Shown: positions 46,832 to 63,699 of the stretch, one piece after another
Numbering within the stretch: the first letter of the stretch is position 1
Layout of the letters: each line of letters starts with the position of its first letter
Program-made: the position numbers and the translations under genes
Source of the DNA: the human T2T-CHM13v2.0 reference genome, Homo sapiens
Assembly (NCBI RefSeq): GCF_009914755.1
Contig: NC_060931.1
Strand: one strand, 5' to 3'
Length of the DNA: 64,000 nucleotides
The notes under the pieces: model-generated
Told to the model about the DNA's origin: nothing
Database searches by the model: none
The model's input: only the letters and a program-made list of their open reading frames with translations

Positions 46832-49800
46832 CTGTGTTGTGACAAAACCACATACACATTCTTTAATTCAATTAAGGCAAAAACAAAACAAAACAAAACA
46901 AACAAAATGCAAGTTTCATGTTATGACCATGCTAAGAGGAAAACTGAAATGCTCTCTGCATCATTATGCAGTTACTTATTTTTTATCCTTATTGAAGGAT
47001 ATGTCCTTATTGAAGGAAGTATTTTATCAAATACTTATTCACTGATTTAGTGTATGACTACTTATCTAGTACTTAGAAAATCTGAATAAAGTCTGATTCA
47101 GTGAATCTTGCTAAAACATAAAATTTTATTATTTTCTACTATGACCACTGACAAACTCACAAAATGGAAACTACATTTATCATATCACTTGCTTTCATAT
47201 GTGTAAAGTTACTATGGTTCTAATATCCTTATAACGTAGGGTAAGGTATCATTATAAAATCTTATTCATAGCTTTTATTCTAATGGCAATTAAATCTTTT
47301 ATACACTTCTTTCTCAGTAGGATCTGAATTAATGAGATTTTGCTATGATTTAGAAATAACTAATATTTTTCTTGCCAGAATTTTTTTCTTGCTTTTTATT
47401 TTTTAATATATCTAGTGGGAGAAGTGTTTTTATTTGTTATAAGCTATCAACCAGTCCAAAAATAAGTCAACCACATGGCCTCATATATAGCAGAAATGTG
47501 TTTTAAGAGGAAGGAATTTTGACAAACCCAGATCATAATCACTCCAATGCAAGATTCCATCACTTTTTGACTCATTGCTACTTAAATTGAATTAACTCTA
47601 GGTCAGAGTTTAATAATGGAGGAATCATATCCAGACGGTAAAGAATAGAAGGGAAAAGACAAGAAGGGGGTAAAAGAGAAGTTAATATTTACTGAATTTC
47701 ACTCTGTGTTTGTCAGCCAGTCGGCACTGGCTTGACACTTTCAAGTTATCTCATTTAGTTCTATTAACAATCTCATAATGTAAATAATGTTATCCTTATT
47801 TTACAGTTCAAGAAATTCAAGGTTGCTCAGCTAATGGCAACTCAAGGTGAAGGTTCAAACTCAGGTCTGTTTAATCCCAAGCCTTTTACACTAAACCATA
47901 CCACCTTTCAACAAACTAAAGTTTGTAAAAATTACTCTTTCTTTCTTGGAAACAGAAAGGACCTTGTATTATCTCTTCCAGAAAACATGTAATTGCCTTT
48001 CTACATACAGTGAGTTATTTGAAAACAAAACAACAAAGGTTATACATTTTCCTTCAAATAATCCATGACAACTACAGTATATCTTAATATTATCTTGTTG
48101 ATCAAATAGGTTAATGTTTATTTGTTGATTTGGAAAATATGCAGATAATAAAGAGGGCAAAGATAAATTATAACAAGCATTTGTGTAACATTACCATATG
48201 TTCACGTACCTAATTCTTACTTGCAAATAAGGGCTTTGCAATGTAAAATTTATATTCATAGTGGCCCACACCAAAGCAATTCCTTTGGTAGAACCTTTGT
48301 CTCGCTTATATGTCTGAATAGACTTGACTATGGAGACCCTCCAGAACAGTGGAGAAAAGCGACACAGAGAAAATCACTGAGCAACATAAACATGTTATTA
48401 CTCTAAACATCCATAGATATGAATCTTATCTTGAAAACTGAGTTTAAAAATTTGATCTTTCATTTTGGATTGTTGTGATTCAAGATAAATAAAAAAGATG
48501 CTTAGATAATATGTTGAGTATAAATTATTAGTAAGTGAATTGTTCTTGTATGTCATCCTAAATTGTCACAGCATGGTGTCTTTGGGATTCAAAAGCACTT
48601 TATACATTCTTCACTTACTTAAATATCAAGTGTAAATCTGAATTGCTCTCACTAAAATATGCCTTTATTTTTAGAAATAGCCCTTTTCTGAAAATGCAAA
48701 AATGTTATGATAACCTATGTATAAATTTCAAAGCCACTTTGAAATACATAAATGCCTATTGTCTCCTTAATATTAACCAATATTCAAGCACCATGACATT
48801 TTTATTAAGGGTAATATCTAATTTTTTCCCAAAATATTAGCAAATAGATGATGTATTTTTAAACATCAGGTGAAGAGTTTGTTATTGGTCTGAGTGAATA
48901 AGAGGGTCTCAGTTAAAAGTGCATTGTCAAAACATCATGCAAATTTCAAACATTTTCATGATGGAACACCTGTGAGAAGATACCTTGTGTCTTCTTTCCT
49001 TAAAAAAATCGAAAAAATTAAATTACTGGTTGAACCTCTTTGCCTCTAAACCACAGTTAAAAACTAAAAATAGAATAATTTAAAAAATGAAAACTGAAAA
49101 ATTTAATATCAGGATTTAGTCAGACCATGTCAACAGGAGGTTTAATAGGAAATATTAGAGTAAATAATGTAATTAATCAATCATTCTTATCATTTAGCTT
49201 TCTTTAGGGTAAGAAAATCCATAATTATGATGTTTATTATATTTAAAGTCTATTCAAGAGGCAGTTGAAATAGTAAAATCAACAACTAAAAACTATTACT
49301 TGGATAGAAAAGGTGTTTGTCTCTCTCTTGCATTTGGTTGTTTTATAACATTTTTTATCCAACCTCATATTAGACAGACAAAAATCAATGCAAATTAATG
49401 TAAAGGCAGAAATAATATTTTATTTCTCTTTTCACAAAAGGTAAGAAGGTCCTTCAGAGAAAGTAGAACAGGTATTCAGTAAAAGAGCTACTCCATTTAT
49501 GACTAAAGGAGAATTAAACATGTGACTTATAAACCAAAATAAGTATGCAGTTTAGGCACCAGTTGCCTCCAGCTATAGGAAATTACCTCCCACATGAATA
49601 TTATTTTTGGCAAGAGTTAGATGATTTTATTGAACTGGAGGGTACCAGATGATTAAGTGGCCATGAAGGGCACATTCCCATCTTGTCCATACTCAATGTC
49701 AGTAAACTATTTAGTTGCACTGGGCCTTAGATCAGATTTCCTGGTGAGGGTTCTATGGGGAGTCTTATCAATGATGATTGCTCTAGATAAGGTATGACAT

Positions 49801-50319
49801 CTTTGTTGTTTTGCCCAAAAACACAAGCAGTAGTATATTCTACCTTCTCTTATTTCTCATTAAGTAGAAATGTAATATCAACCCAGAGTATATGCCATTT
49901 AATAAACTTGAACATTTACATTCTGTGGCTTTGTGAAATAAACTAAAGATATCTGACTATAAGAAATTTACAGTACCTCAGTTGGCTTATTTTGGAGAAT
50001 AGATATATTTTTTAAAAATGCCTATTCAGCAAACTTCTTTTGTGGTTTCTAGGCCACTAATGAAGTTATCAAATTATATGTTGATTCTTTTTTTTTTCAT
50101 TTTTTAAAATTATTATTATACTTCAAGTTTTAGGGTACATGTGCACAATGTGCAGGTTAGTTACATATGTATACATGTGCCATGCTGGTGTGCTGCACCC
50201 ACTAACTCATCATCTAGCATTAGGTATATCTCCCAATGCTATCCCTCCCCCCTCCCCCCACCCCACAACAGTCCCCAGAGTGTGATGTTCCCCTTCATGT
50301 GTCCATGTGATCTCATTGT

Positions 50320-54140
<3,821 letters not shown>

Positions 54141-54203
54141 TATGATGTTAGCTGGTTATTTTGCTCGTTAATTGATGCAGTTTCTTCCTAGTCTCAATGG
54201 TCT

Positions 54204-55211
54204 TTACATTTTGGCATGATTTTGCCGCAGCTGGTACCGGTTGTTCCTTTCCATGTTTAGCGCTTCCTTCAGGAGCTCTTTTAGGGCAGGCCTGGTGGTG
54301 ACAAAATCTCTCAGCATTTGCTTGTCTGTAAAGTATTTTATTTCTCCTTCACTTATGAAGCTTAGTTTGGATGGATATGAAATTCTGGGTTGAAAATTCT
54401 TTTCTTTAAGAATGTTGAATATTGGCCCCCACTCTCTTCTGGCTTGTAGGGTTTCTGCTGAGAGATCCGCTGTTAGTCTGATGGGCTTCCCTTTGAGGGT
54501 AACCCGACCTTTCTCTCTGGCTGCCCTTAATATTTTTTCCTTCATTTCAACTTTGGTGAATCTGACAATTATGTGTCTTGGAGTTGCTCTTCTCGAGGAG
54601 TATCTTTGTGGCATTCTCTATATTTCCTGAATCTGAACGTTGGCTTGCCTTGCTAGATTGGGGAAGTTCTCCTGGATAATATCCTGCAGAGTGTTTTCCA
54701 ACTTGGTTCCATTCTCCCCGTCACTTTCAGGTACACCAATCAGATGTAGATTTGGTCTTTTCACATAGTCCCATATTTCTTGGAGGCTTTGCTCATTTCT
54801 TTTTATTCTTTTTTCTCTAAACTTCCCTTCTCGCTTCATTTCATCTTCCATCACTGATACCCTTTCTTCCAGTTGATCGCATCGGCTCCTGAGACTTCTG
54901 CATTCTTCATGTAGTTCTCGAGCCTTGGTTTTCAGCTCCATCAGCTCCTTTAAGCACTTCTCTGTATTGGTTATTCTAGTTATACATTCTTCTAAATTTT
55001 TTTCAAAGTTTTCAACTTCTTTGCCTTTGGTTTGAATGTCCTCCCGTAGCTCAGAGTAATTTGATCGTCTGAAGCCTTCTTCTCTCAGCTCGTCAAAGTC
55101 ATTCTCCATCCAGCTTTGTTCCGTTGCTGGTGAGGAACTGCGTTCCCTTGGAGGAGGAGAGGCGCTCTGCTTTTTAGAGTTTCCAGTTTTTCTGCTCTGT
55201 TTTTTCCCCAT
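54204..55211 (-). pseudogene. L1 ORF1 (disrupted)
   Basis: Starts MGKKQSRKTG at 55211; premature stop after ...VQIQEI (~54615-54620); apparent 3-aa deletion (EDEMKREGK); C-terminal part continues in ORF 54204..54614. Confidence 0.93.
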
Positions 55212-55666
55212 CTTTGTGGTTTTATCTACTTTTGGTCTTTGATGATGGTGATGCACAGATGGGTTTTTGGTGTGGATGTCCTTTCTGTTTGTTAGTTTTC
55301 CTTCTAACAGACAGGACCCTCAGCTGCAGGTCTGTTGGAGTACCCTGCCATGTGAGGTGTCAGTCTGCTCCTGCTGTGGGGTGCCTCCCAGTTAGGCTGC
55401 TCAGGGGTCAGGGGTCAGGGACCCACTTGAGGAGGCAGTCTGCCCGTTCTCAGATCTCCAGCCGCGTGCTGGGAGAACCACTGCTCTCTTCAAAGCTGTC
55501 AGACAGGGCCATTTAAGTCTGCAGAGGTTACTGCTGTCTTTTTGTTTGTCTGTGCCCTGCCCCCAGAGGTGGAGCCTACAGAGGCAGGCAGGCCTCCTTG
55601 AGCTGTGGTGGGCTCCACCCAGTTGGAGCTTCCAGGCTGCTTTGTTTACCTAATCAAGCCTAGGCA

Positions 55667-55975
55667 ATGGCGGGCGCCCCTCCCCCTGCCTCGCTGCGGC
55701 CTTGCAGTTTGATCTCAGACTGCTGTGCTAGCAATCAGCGAGACTCCGTGGGCGTAGGACCCTCCCAGCCAGGTGTGGGATATAGTCTCCTGGTGCGCCG
55801 TTTTTTAAGCCCGTCGGAAAAGGGCAGTATTCGGGTGGGAGTGACCCGATTTTCCAGGTGCCATCCGTCACCCCTTTCTTTGACTAGGAAAGGGAACTCC
55901 CTGACCCCTTGCGCTTCCCGAGTGAGGCTATGCCTCGCCCTGCTTTGGCTCGTGCACGGTGCGCACACCCACTGA
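55667..55975 (+). CDS. L1 ORF0-like antisense ORF (102 aa) of the intron-5 L1
   Basis: MAGAPPPASLRPCSLISDCCASNQRDSVGVGPS matches the primate L1 ORF0 N-terminus; expression unknown. Confidence 0.6.
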   Translation: MAGAPPPASLRPCSLISDCCASNQRDSVGVGPSQPGVGYSLLVRRFLSPSEKGSIRVGVTRFSRCHPSPLSLTRKGNSLTPCASRVRLCLALLWLVHGAHTH

Positions 55976-57871
55976 CCTGTGCCCACTGTCTGGCACTCCC
56001 TAGTGAGATGAACCCGGTACCTCAGATGGAAATGCAGAAATCACCCGTCTTCTGCGTTGCTCACGCTCGGAGCTGTAGATCGGAGCTGTTCCTATTCAGC
56101 CATCTTGGCTCCTCCCCAAATTATATGTTGATTCTTAAGCATAGTGTTAATTTGACAATTTTCAGATCCTAATAGAAGTCTTTTTGAAAATCTGAAGTAG
56201 TGTATTAGTTAAATGTTATTCTGCAATTATTCAAATGACATTATAATTGAGATACATACTTTAGAGCTGTTCACATATACTAAGCCAATTGTGAAAGAAA
56301 TAAACATTTGTCCAATTTTATTAAATTGATGGTAGAATCATATATCTAGAAATTATTGTCTACATTAAAAGGTGGTTGTGAATACTATACCCTACAAGAT
56401 CTTTAAGCCTCTCCAAAAAAATACCACATGGGCAGTTTAACATTTCAAAAATAATATATTGAACTAAGACAAATTTGTGCTGACATATGTAAACTATCAT
56501 TCAGAAACTGTCAAACACAAAAGTTACTATTTGAGGATACGACCATTCTTTCTTAACTGGAAGCTTTCTTAACTCTCTCACAGGAGAGCATACTTTACTG
56601 AGATGAACAAAAACAGTTTTGTGAACTGCATTTCTATTATGGCTTAGTTGCCTGAGAAGTACGTATTAAAAACAAAAGTTCATATATACTCTAGACTTTC
56701 TGCTCAAAACTCAAAATGAAGTAAAAATGTGGCTTAGATCAGTGAATGTATTGGATTACAATTCCTAAGAAGGGTGTGGTGAGGAGAAACAGAAGGTGGA
56801 AACAAAACCACATTTCCTGATGAAATTGCAGCATTACTAACACAGGTGAAAAGTGTGACATGGATGTGAGCAAAATATCAAACAAACTTAAACACCAAGC
56901 CATTATGTTGTTAACACCTTAAGTAAATTCCACTCACAGAGTACCAAAGAAATTAGAAACAGAAGGGGGAAAAAAAAAAGAAAATACCCCCTCTATCACA
57001 CACACAGAAACACACACACACACACATACACACAGAGCACGGATGCAATCCATGGATGTAAGAAAAATTTTACACTATTATATTTATTGAGCACCTTCTC
57101 TATATCAATAAATATTTTGGCTTCGTTACTTATGTTGTTCTTTTAAAATTAAAATTTTTCAACAGTTTATATGTCTACATGGTATAAAATTGAAAATGTA
57201 AAATTTATAAGGTACCAAATCTCCCTCCCAGCCTTTCTACAGGCAACTACTGCTGCAAGTTTGCTTATTTTATCTTTGCATATATTAAAGAATTACACAA
57301 GCACCGAAAATAATAGTATGCTATTACATTGTCTTATTTCTCACAACACACTAGTGAAAGTAATACTGCCATACCATTTCAGGTACAAGGAAACTGAGGC
57401 TCAGAGAGCTTCAAATAATTTTTTCAATTGTATCTAATTAACTTAGAGAGTTCCTTATTTGCTCTAGTATCAAGTGAGAGCATTTTGTAATGTCAAATTA
57501 TGCTCTTTCCTGAGACAAGACAGCATTTTGACTTGAGGATATAAACTTAGCTAAAAGTCTCAGACCTTTGAAATAGGTCTCAATAATACCTCTTAGGGAT
57601 GGAATATTTCTAAATTATTAGTGCTGCATTGCCTGGAAAAGATTTCAATGAAAAAATAAAATTGCTCTCAAGTTGACTGTTCTTTCACATCATGAAAATG
57701 TGAGATAGTACTTAGTGTTGGAAAATACTGAGGCTTATCCTTGTGCTATGTTCACATCTGGCATTTATTATTAGCAGGTGAGTAATTGCTATCTTTAGTA
57801 AAAGATTTTTTAAAACAAATTCATAAAAAAAATTTGCAGGTGGATGAAATAAGAAAGAGTAAAAAAAATAA

Positions 57872-58139
57872 GGCCAGGCGCTGTGGCTCACACCTGTAAT
57901 CCCAGCACTTTGGGAGGCTGAGGTGGGTGGATCACGAGGTCAGGAGTTCGAGACCAGCCTGACCAACATGGTGAAACCTTGTCTCTCCTAAAAATTCAAA
58001 ACTTAGCCAGGCCTGGTGGCACATGCCTGTAGTCTAAGCTACTCAGGAGGCTGAGGTAGGAGAATTGCTTGAACCCGGGAGACAGAGGTTGCAGTTAGCT
58101 GAGATGCCACTGCACTCCAGCCTGGGCGACAGAGCAAGA

Positions 58140-58178
<39 letters not shown>

Positions 58179-58179
58179 A
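57872..58179 (+). mobile_element. Alu (AluS-like) with (AAAT)n tail
   Basis: Alu consensus; about 10 tetranucleotide units at 58139-58178. Confidence 0.95.
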
Positions 58180-60851
58180 GACTGGAGCAAATTCATCTTG
58201 ACAAAATGATCACTTTTAAAGGAGATTGCAAAATTAACTTTACTATTTTGGTTTGAAAAACTTAGGACATGTTCTTGGATTTGGGGACTTCATTCAGTAG
58301 CTTTGCATTGCTCAAGAGAGAATCCATATTCTCAATAGTCCTCAGCTTAAAAACCCATGGCATTTTGGGAAGAAGTCATATTAAACCTTGCTAGTTTTTG
58401 TAAACTAAAAATTTTAAGCTGTCATCTGGTTTTAAAGTTTACTACTGTTTGAAACTACTTCTTTCCTAGTGGGATTGGTGGTATAAAAAATATTTGCTGC
58501 CAAGATCCATCTAGCCAGTTTACAGATGGTTTGAGCCCAACCTGAAATTTTATTTCCCAGTATTGGGGAAGGAAGAAGCCTAGAACCACCTTAAAATTTC
58601 TATCTTATTTGTACCAATGAGGAAGGTGTATCCAAAAGCTTTTGGGAACATAGGTTTTCCCAATGGCCATTTTCTGATATACAAAGTACAACCTGTATAT
58701 TTCTGAGACAGCTGTTACCCTTGTATGTAAAAGAGTTTGGGAAGTGCTGTAGAAAATATTTATGTTAAAAAGCTCCATTAAACTAGTGAGCATTCTTTTT
58801 AGAGCAGTATGAGAGAAAATGCCAACGAAAACCCAACAAGGGGAACTAAATGTACCATAAGAGGAAGAATTTATAGCACAGTTATAAAGAAAGCAAATAA
58901 CTTCAACACAGAGAGTTTCAGCTCTTGAATTAAAATGGCGTTTCAGGTATTTTGAAGGATTTTGCCAGGTATAATATGGCCTGTTTCTTTTTCTGTATCT
59001 TGCTATTCAATGATTTCAGAAGTTAATTTATTTGGTCTTGTCAATAAGCGCTACATACCTCTGAAAATTACTAAATTATTTTACCATATTGGATAGGTTA
59101 GGTCTGCACTTCCATCTGAAAGTTCTTTTTCTGAAACACCTATTGTTCTTTCTAGCCACGTCCTCTTCCTGACTCACTGAACTTTGCTCATTCTCTCTGC
59201 CTTTTCATAAACCTATATAGCTTTTTCAAAGATATTCAAATATAAAACTAAAACTGTGGAGTTTCGTTTTCTTTGTGGACTTTGGGTGGTTGCATACCAT
59301 ATGAACTAGGTAATACCTACTTGTCATCATTCTTTCTCAGCGGAATATTAAAATAAATAATCAAGCAAGTCCCTACTGAGAAACATACCATGAAGTAAAG
59401 CTGCTTTGGGCACACTTTAGCATACTGCTTTTTAAGGAATACCTATCCTTTTTTCAGTGTGCAATTTAAATAACTATAAGCTGTAAGTTCATACAAAATA
59501 TGACTCCTACCCTTTGTTTAAAACAACGTTCAAATTTCAGCATGTATTTTTGAGGAAGCCATCCACAAATAATCACTAGACCAACCATAAATAGGAAAAT
59601 TGTAAGTGTGCTAGGTATGCTGCCTTCCTTCAGGTCTTAAACTTTTGTTAAAATGCTGCATAAATGCATGAAATGGACTAAAAGTGTCCACATTTGAAAA
59701 GCAACAGAGGAGATAATTCATGCCACAATGGATTTCTTCTTAATAGAATAAGGATCAGTGAAACATGGTGACAAAAGAAAACACTAGAAAATACAGAAAA
59801 AATATATATCTTCATGGTTAATATGGCAGTCAATATGACTAGAGTTTATTTTTCTGAGTAGGAAAAAATTATAAGAAGAGAAACATGGAAAACTTTATAA
59901 ACTTATGACATATCAGATAACCTAAATTTAATTTTTTAATCAAGATTTATTATTTAAAATTTAATTAGAAATTTTAGATTTGAAAAGTTTCATTTTGTTG
60001 TGCTATTAAATAATTCTTTTGCATATTGTATAGAAAAGGAAAACAAAAAGGTACATAATTTCTACACAATTATGTAGAAAAATATGTTCAAGAACAGAAT
60101 CATGACCCAGAATTTTTTTATGTTTTAGGTTGTTGGTATGCTCAAAATTTAAAAAATAAAAAAGAAAGGAAAAAATGATAAAATAAAGAGAAAATAAAAA
60201 ATTTAAAAATTGCTTCATGATTTGCCACTTTTTGTTTGTGTATTTAGTTAACTCCAGTCCAGAGGTAGTTAAGAGTCTGGAAAAAATTCTTTATTTTTCA
60301 ATACAGACTAAAGTTTTATCTTATTTGTATCTACTTCTATTATTTTGAACTATAAGCATTCCCCACTTATCAGCAATGCTAAATGAAAAGAGGAGAAAGC
60401 TAGAAAAGATGATGGTTACAGAAAAAGGTAGAGGACGTCACATCAAATATTTTGTTAGATTTTCCAAAAAAGAAGAGCTAATTTCATAAAAGGTGAATAC
60501 AGAATGTAACTTCCCTTAGCCTGTATATGTAATATGTATATTAGGATGAGCCAGCACAAGGTAACACAATGGGTCTCTGCCAACTGTACCAAGTGGGGCT
60601 GCATAGTAATTGAGAGGCCATTTTAAGATCCTATTCCATTTCCATTAAAAAGAATCAGACTAGTTGGTGCAATAAGCAAAATAGCATTTAGTGTTTCTTC
60701 TTCATTTTCAAACATTTGAATATATCACAACTAATGTCCTTCTAAAACAATTATTATTTCATAATGGAAAATCTTGGTAGATAAAAAAGAACATACAACC
60801 TGTTTGTTATTTATAGAAAACTCACTATTTAATTGATTGTTGACTACGCAC

Positions 60852-60945
60852 CTATTAAAAGGGATGCTGTCAGCAGCTTAGGGTCATATGGACTCTTCCC
60901 ACGGCCGTTTTCAAAATGTGAGTTCTCCAGCTTAAAAATATTGTC
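60852..60945 (-). CDS. SEMA3A: SEMA3A coding exon (exon 5 by recalled numbering), 94 nt, DNIFKLENSHFENGRGKSPYDPKLLTASLLI(D)
   Basis: Manual minus-strand translation matches semaphorin-3A; acceptor ccacag|GAC, donor ATAG|gtgcgt; phase 0->1. Too short for the ORF track. Confidence 0.96.
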
Positions 60946-62935
60946 CTGTGGATTTAAAAAAGAAAGAGAAAAGGGTTTCCTTTATATATAAAAATGAGTG
61001 TTTTCAACACATCAGTTAATCAGAGAGATGTCAAGTATTCATGTCCAACACAAGAGTTATTTTTATTTGTTCAAATTTTTGAGATGGCAAAATAAATCAA
61101 GTGTATTGAAAATAGGTAATACTAGCCAAATATCTACTTAGCTTAATGATATTTAGTAGCAGTTAGCACGTTGCAAACAATAATGTGTAAATAAACTATA
61201 AAGAACAGGATGTGTCATGGTAAGAGGAGAGTGATTATTTTATCACACAGGTATGTTATAATCTACCATAATGGCTTTTGAGGAAAGAATGTTAAACTTA
61301 AATAAAATGACTCATTTCCTTCCTTTGTAGAAAAGAAAAATAGCAATTCACTACGTTAGTTGTCTAGAATAAATTACACAATCTTGTCAGTATGTACTTT
61401 CCAGAAGACATGTTAAATAGCCATCAAATTTATTTTCCCCACTATGTCCTTTGCACATCTTTGGTGGCTACGTGCTTCTTGTGTATTTTTAAGTTACAGC
61501 AGCAGGTGAAGTGCCTGAAATGCCTCATTCACTTCTCTAAGAGGGAAATATCCCAGGTTAGGAGAGCAGTGTGCCTGGAGGTGGTGTCAATGGAATAACA
61601 AGCACATTATTACCACGGGAAAGCCTGCTCTGTTGGGTCCCTAAGTACTCAGAAACAGGAATGAACTTTTGACTACCTATAAAAAATATACACATGTCTC
61701 AAGGTAGAATATGTGCAGGAAAGCATGACATCAAAAATCTTGATAAGGAGATAACTAATTCACGCTTGAGACCCTGTTGTCAGAATGTGTCTACCTACTG
61801 CACTCTATATGTGACAGTGGAGTAAATCTGGGGACATTTCTGAGCATTCTTTTAAGAACCAAGTGCCCTGGGAATTAATTAGATAAGAATATGTATGCTT
61901 TTTCCAGTAGTACATTAAGTTGTCCACAGACTGAAATAAAATAGCTTTTTATTTTTTGGCAATTTCTCTACTATTCACATAAAAGTATTTTCTACCATCT
62001 TGGTATATTAAATGGTGTCCATTTTATGATCAGTAGGGATCATTTTGTTTAACATTTAATATTTCTGATGGAACTAATGGCAGGGTTTCAAATTATTACT
62101 CTTAAAACTCATTTGAATTAGGGACGAAAGTTAAAAAAAAGGAAGAAATTCCAAGTGTTCTGTTTTTACTACTGTGAATGAGAATTACCAATTCTAATCT
62201 TCTTTCTTTGCATTTATTCTGTATTTGGCAATTAGCTGTCCTGTACCAATGATATTTCTTTAGGTTAGTTCTAAAATCTATACTGTGAAATAATTTATGG
62301 GCTTTCACAGAATTGTACTAAGTTATAGTGGAAAACGCAATGAGCCAGGCACCAGGCTTAGCTCTGGTTCTCTGGTCACTGTTTCATATCTCTGAGCCTC
62401 TGGTCCTAAAATGTCAGCACATGTAAGGATATTTAACCTCACAAGTTAATTTGGAGGGTTAAATAATTTATTTAAAACATTTTAAAAGCAGCAAAATTTT
62501 AAAAATGCTATTTATATTCTATTAATTATGTTAGTATTACCAGTATAGCAAAATAATATGGAAATTAACACAGGTTGTTGCCATTATTTTCAACTTTCCT
62601 AACATAGTGTCAAAGAAATATTACATTGAGATGTTTATATACATCACTAAATTACAAACTTTTTCACAAATACGAATTTATCATAGGCATTTAAATATTA
62701 AAATTATATGAAAAGACATATTCTATTCAAAAACTTAGAAGAATCATTAAAGAAATACCCAGATATATGTGTATTTTGATGAAAAATTAGGAAATAGGAG
62801 GAGCCAAGATGGCCGAATAGGAACAGCTCCGGTCTACGGCTCCCAGAGTGAGCGACGCAGAAGATGGTGATTTCTGCATTTCCATCTCAGGTACCGGGTT
62901 CACCTCACTACGGAGTGCGAGACAGTGGGCATAGG

Positions 62936-63244
62936 TCAGTGGGTGCGCGCACCACGCGCGAGCCGAAGCAGGGCGAGGCATTGCCTCACTTGGGAAGCGC
63001 AAGGGGTCAGGGAGTTCCCTTTCTGAGTCAAAGAAAGGGGTGACAGACGGCACCTGGAAAATCCGGTCACTCCCACCCGAATACTGCGCTTTTCCGGCGG
63101 GCTTAAAAAACGGCGCATCACGAGATTATATCCCGCACCTGGCTTGGAGGGTCCTACACCCACGGAGTCTCGCTGATTGCTAGCACAGCAGTCTGAGATC
63201 AAACTACAAGGCCGCAGCGAGGCGGGGGGAGGGGCGTCCGCCAT
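62936..63244 (-). CDS. L1 ORF0-like antisense ORF (102 aa) of the intron-4 L1, same strand as SEMA3A
   Basis: MADAPPPASLRPCSLISDCCASNQRDSVGVGPS..., ATG at 63244 inside ORF 62936..63313; donor motifs after nt 106, 191 and 255 of the ORF. Confidence 0.6.
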   Translation of the reverse strand: MADAPPPASLRPCSLISDCCASNQRDSVGVGPSKPGAGYNLVMRRFLSPPEKRSIRVGVTGFSRCRLSPLSLTQKGNSLTPCASQVRQCLALLRLARGARTH

Positions 63245-63699
63245 TGCCAAGGCTTGATTAGGTAAACAAAGCAGCCTGGAAGCTCCAACTGGGTGGAGCC
63301 CACCACAGCTCAAGGAGGCCTGCCTGCCTCTGTAGGCTCCACCTCTGGGGGCAGGGCACAGACAAACAAAAAGACAGCAGTAACCTCTGCAGACTTAAAT
63401 GGCCCTGTCTGACAGCTTTGAAGAGAGCAGTGGTTCTCCCAGCACGCCGCTGGAGATCTGAGAACGGGCAGACTGCCTCCTCAAGTGGGTCCCTGACCCC
63501 TGACCCCTAAGCAACCTAACTGTGAGGCACCCCCAAGCAGGGGCACACTGACACCTCACATGGCAGGGTACTCCAACAGACCTGCAGCTGAGGGTCCTGT
63601 CTGTTAGAAGGAAAACTAACAAACAGAAAGGACATCCACACCAAAAACCCATCTGTACATCACCATCATCGAGGACCAAAAGTAGATAAAACCACAAAG

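Noticed and set aside
62797-63300. Host-gene CpG-island promoter
   Set aside because: The CpG richness is entirely the L1 5'UTR.
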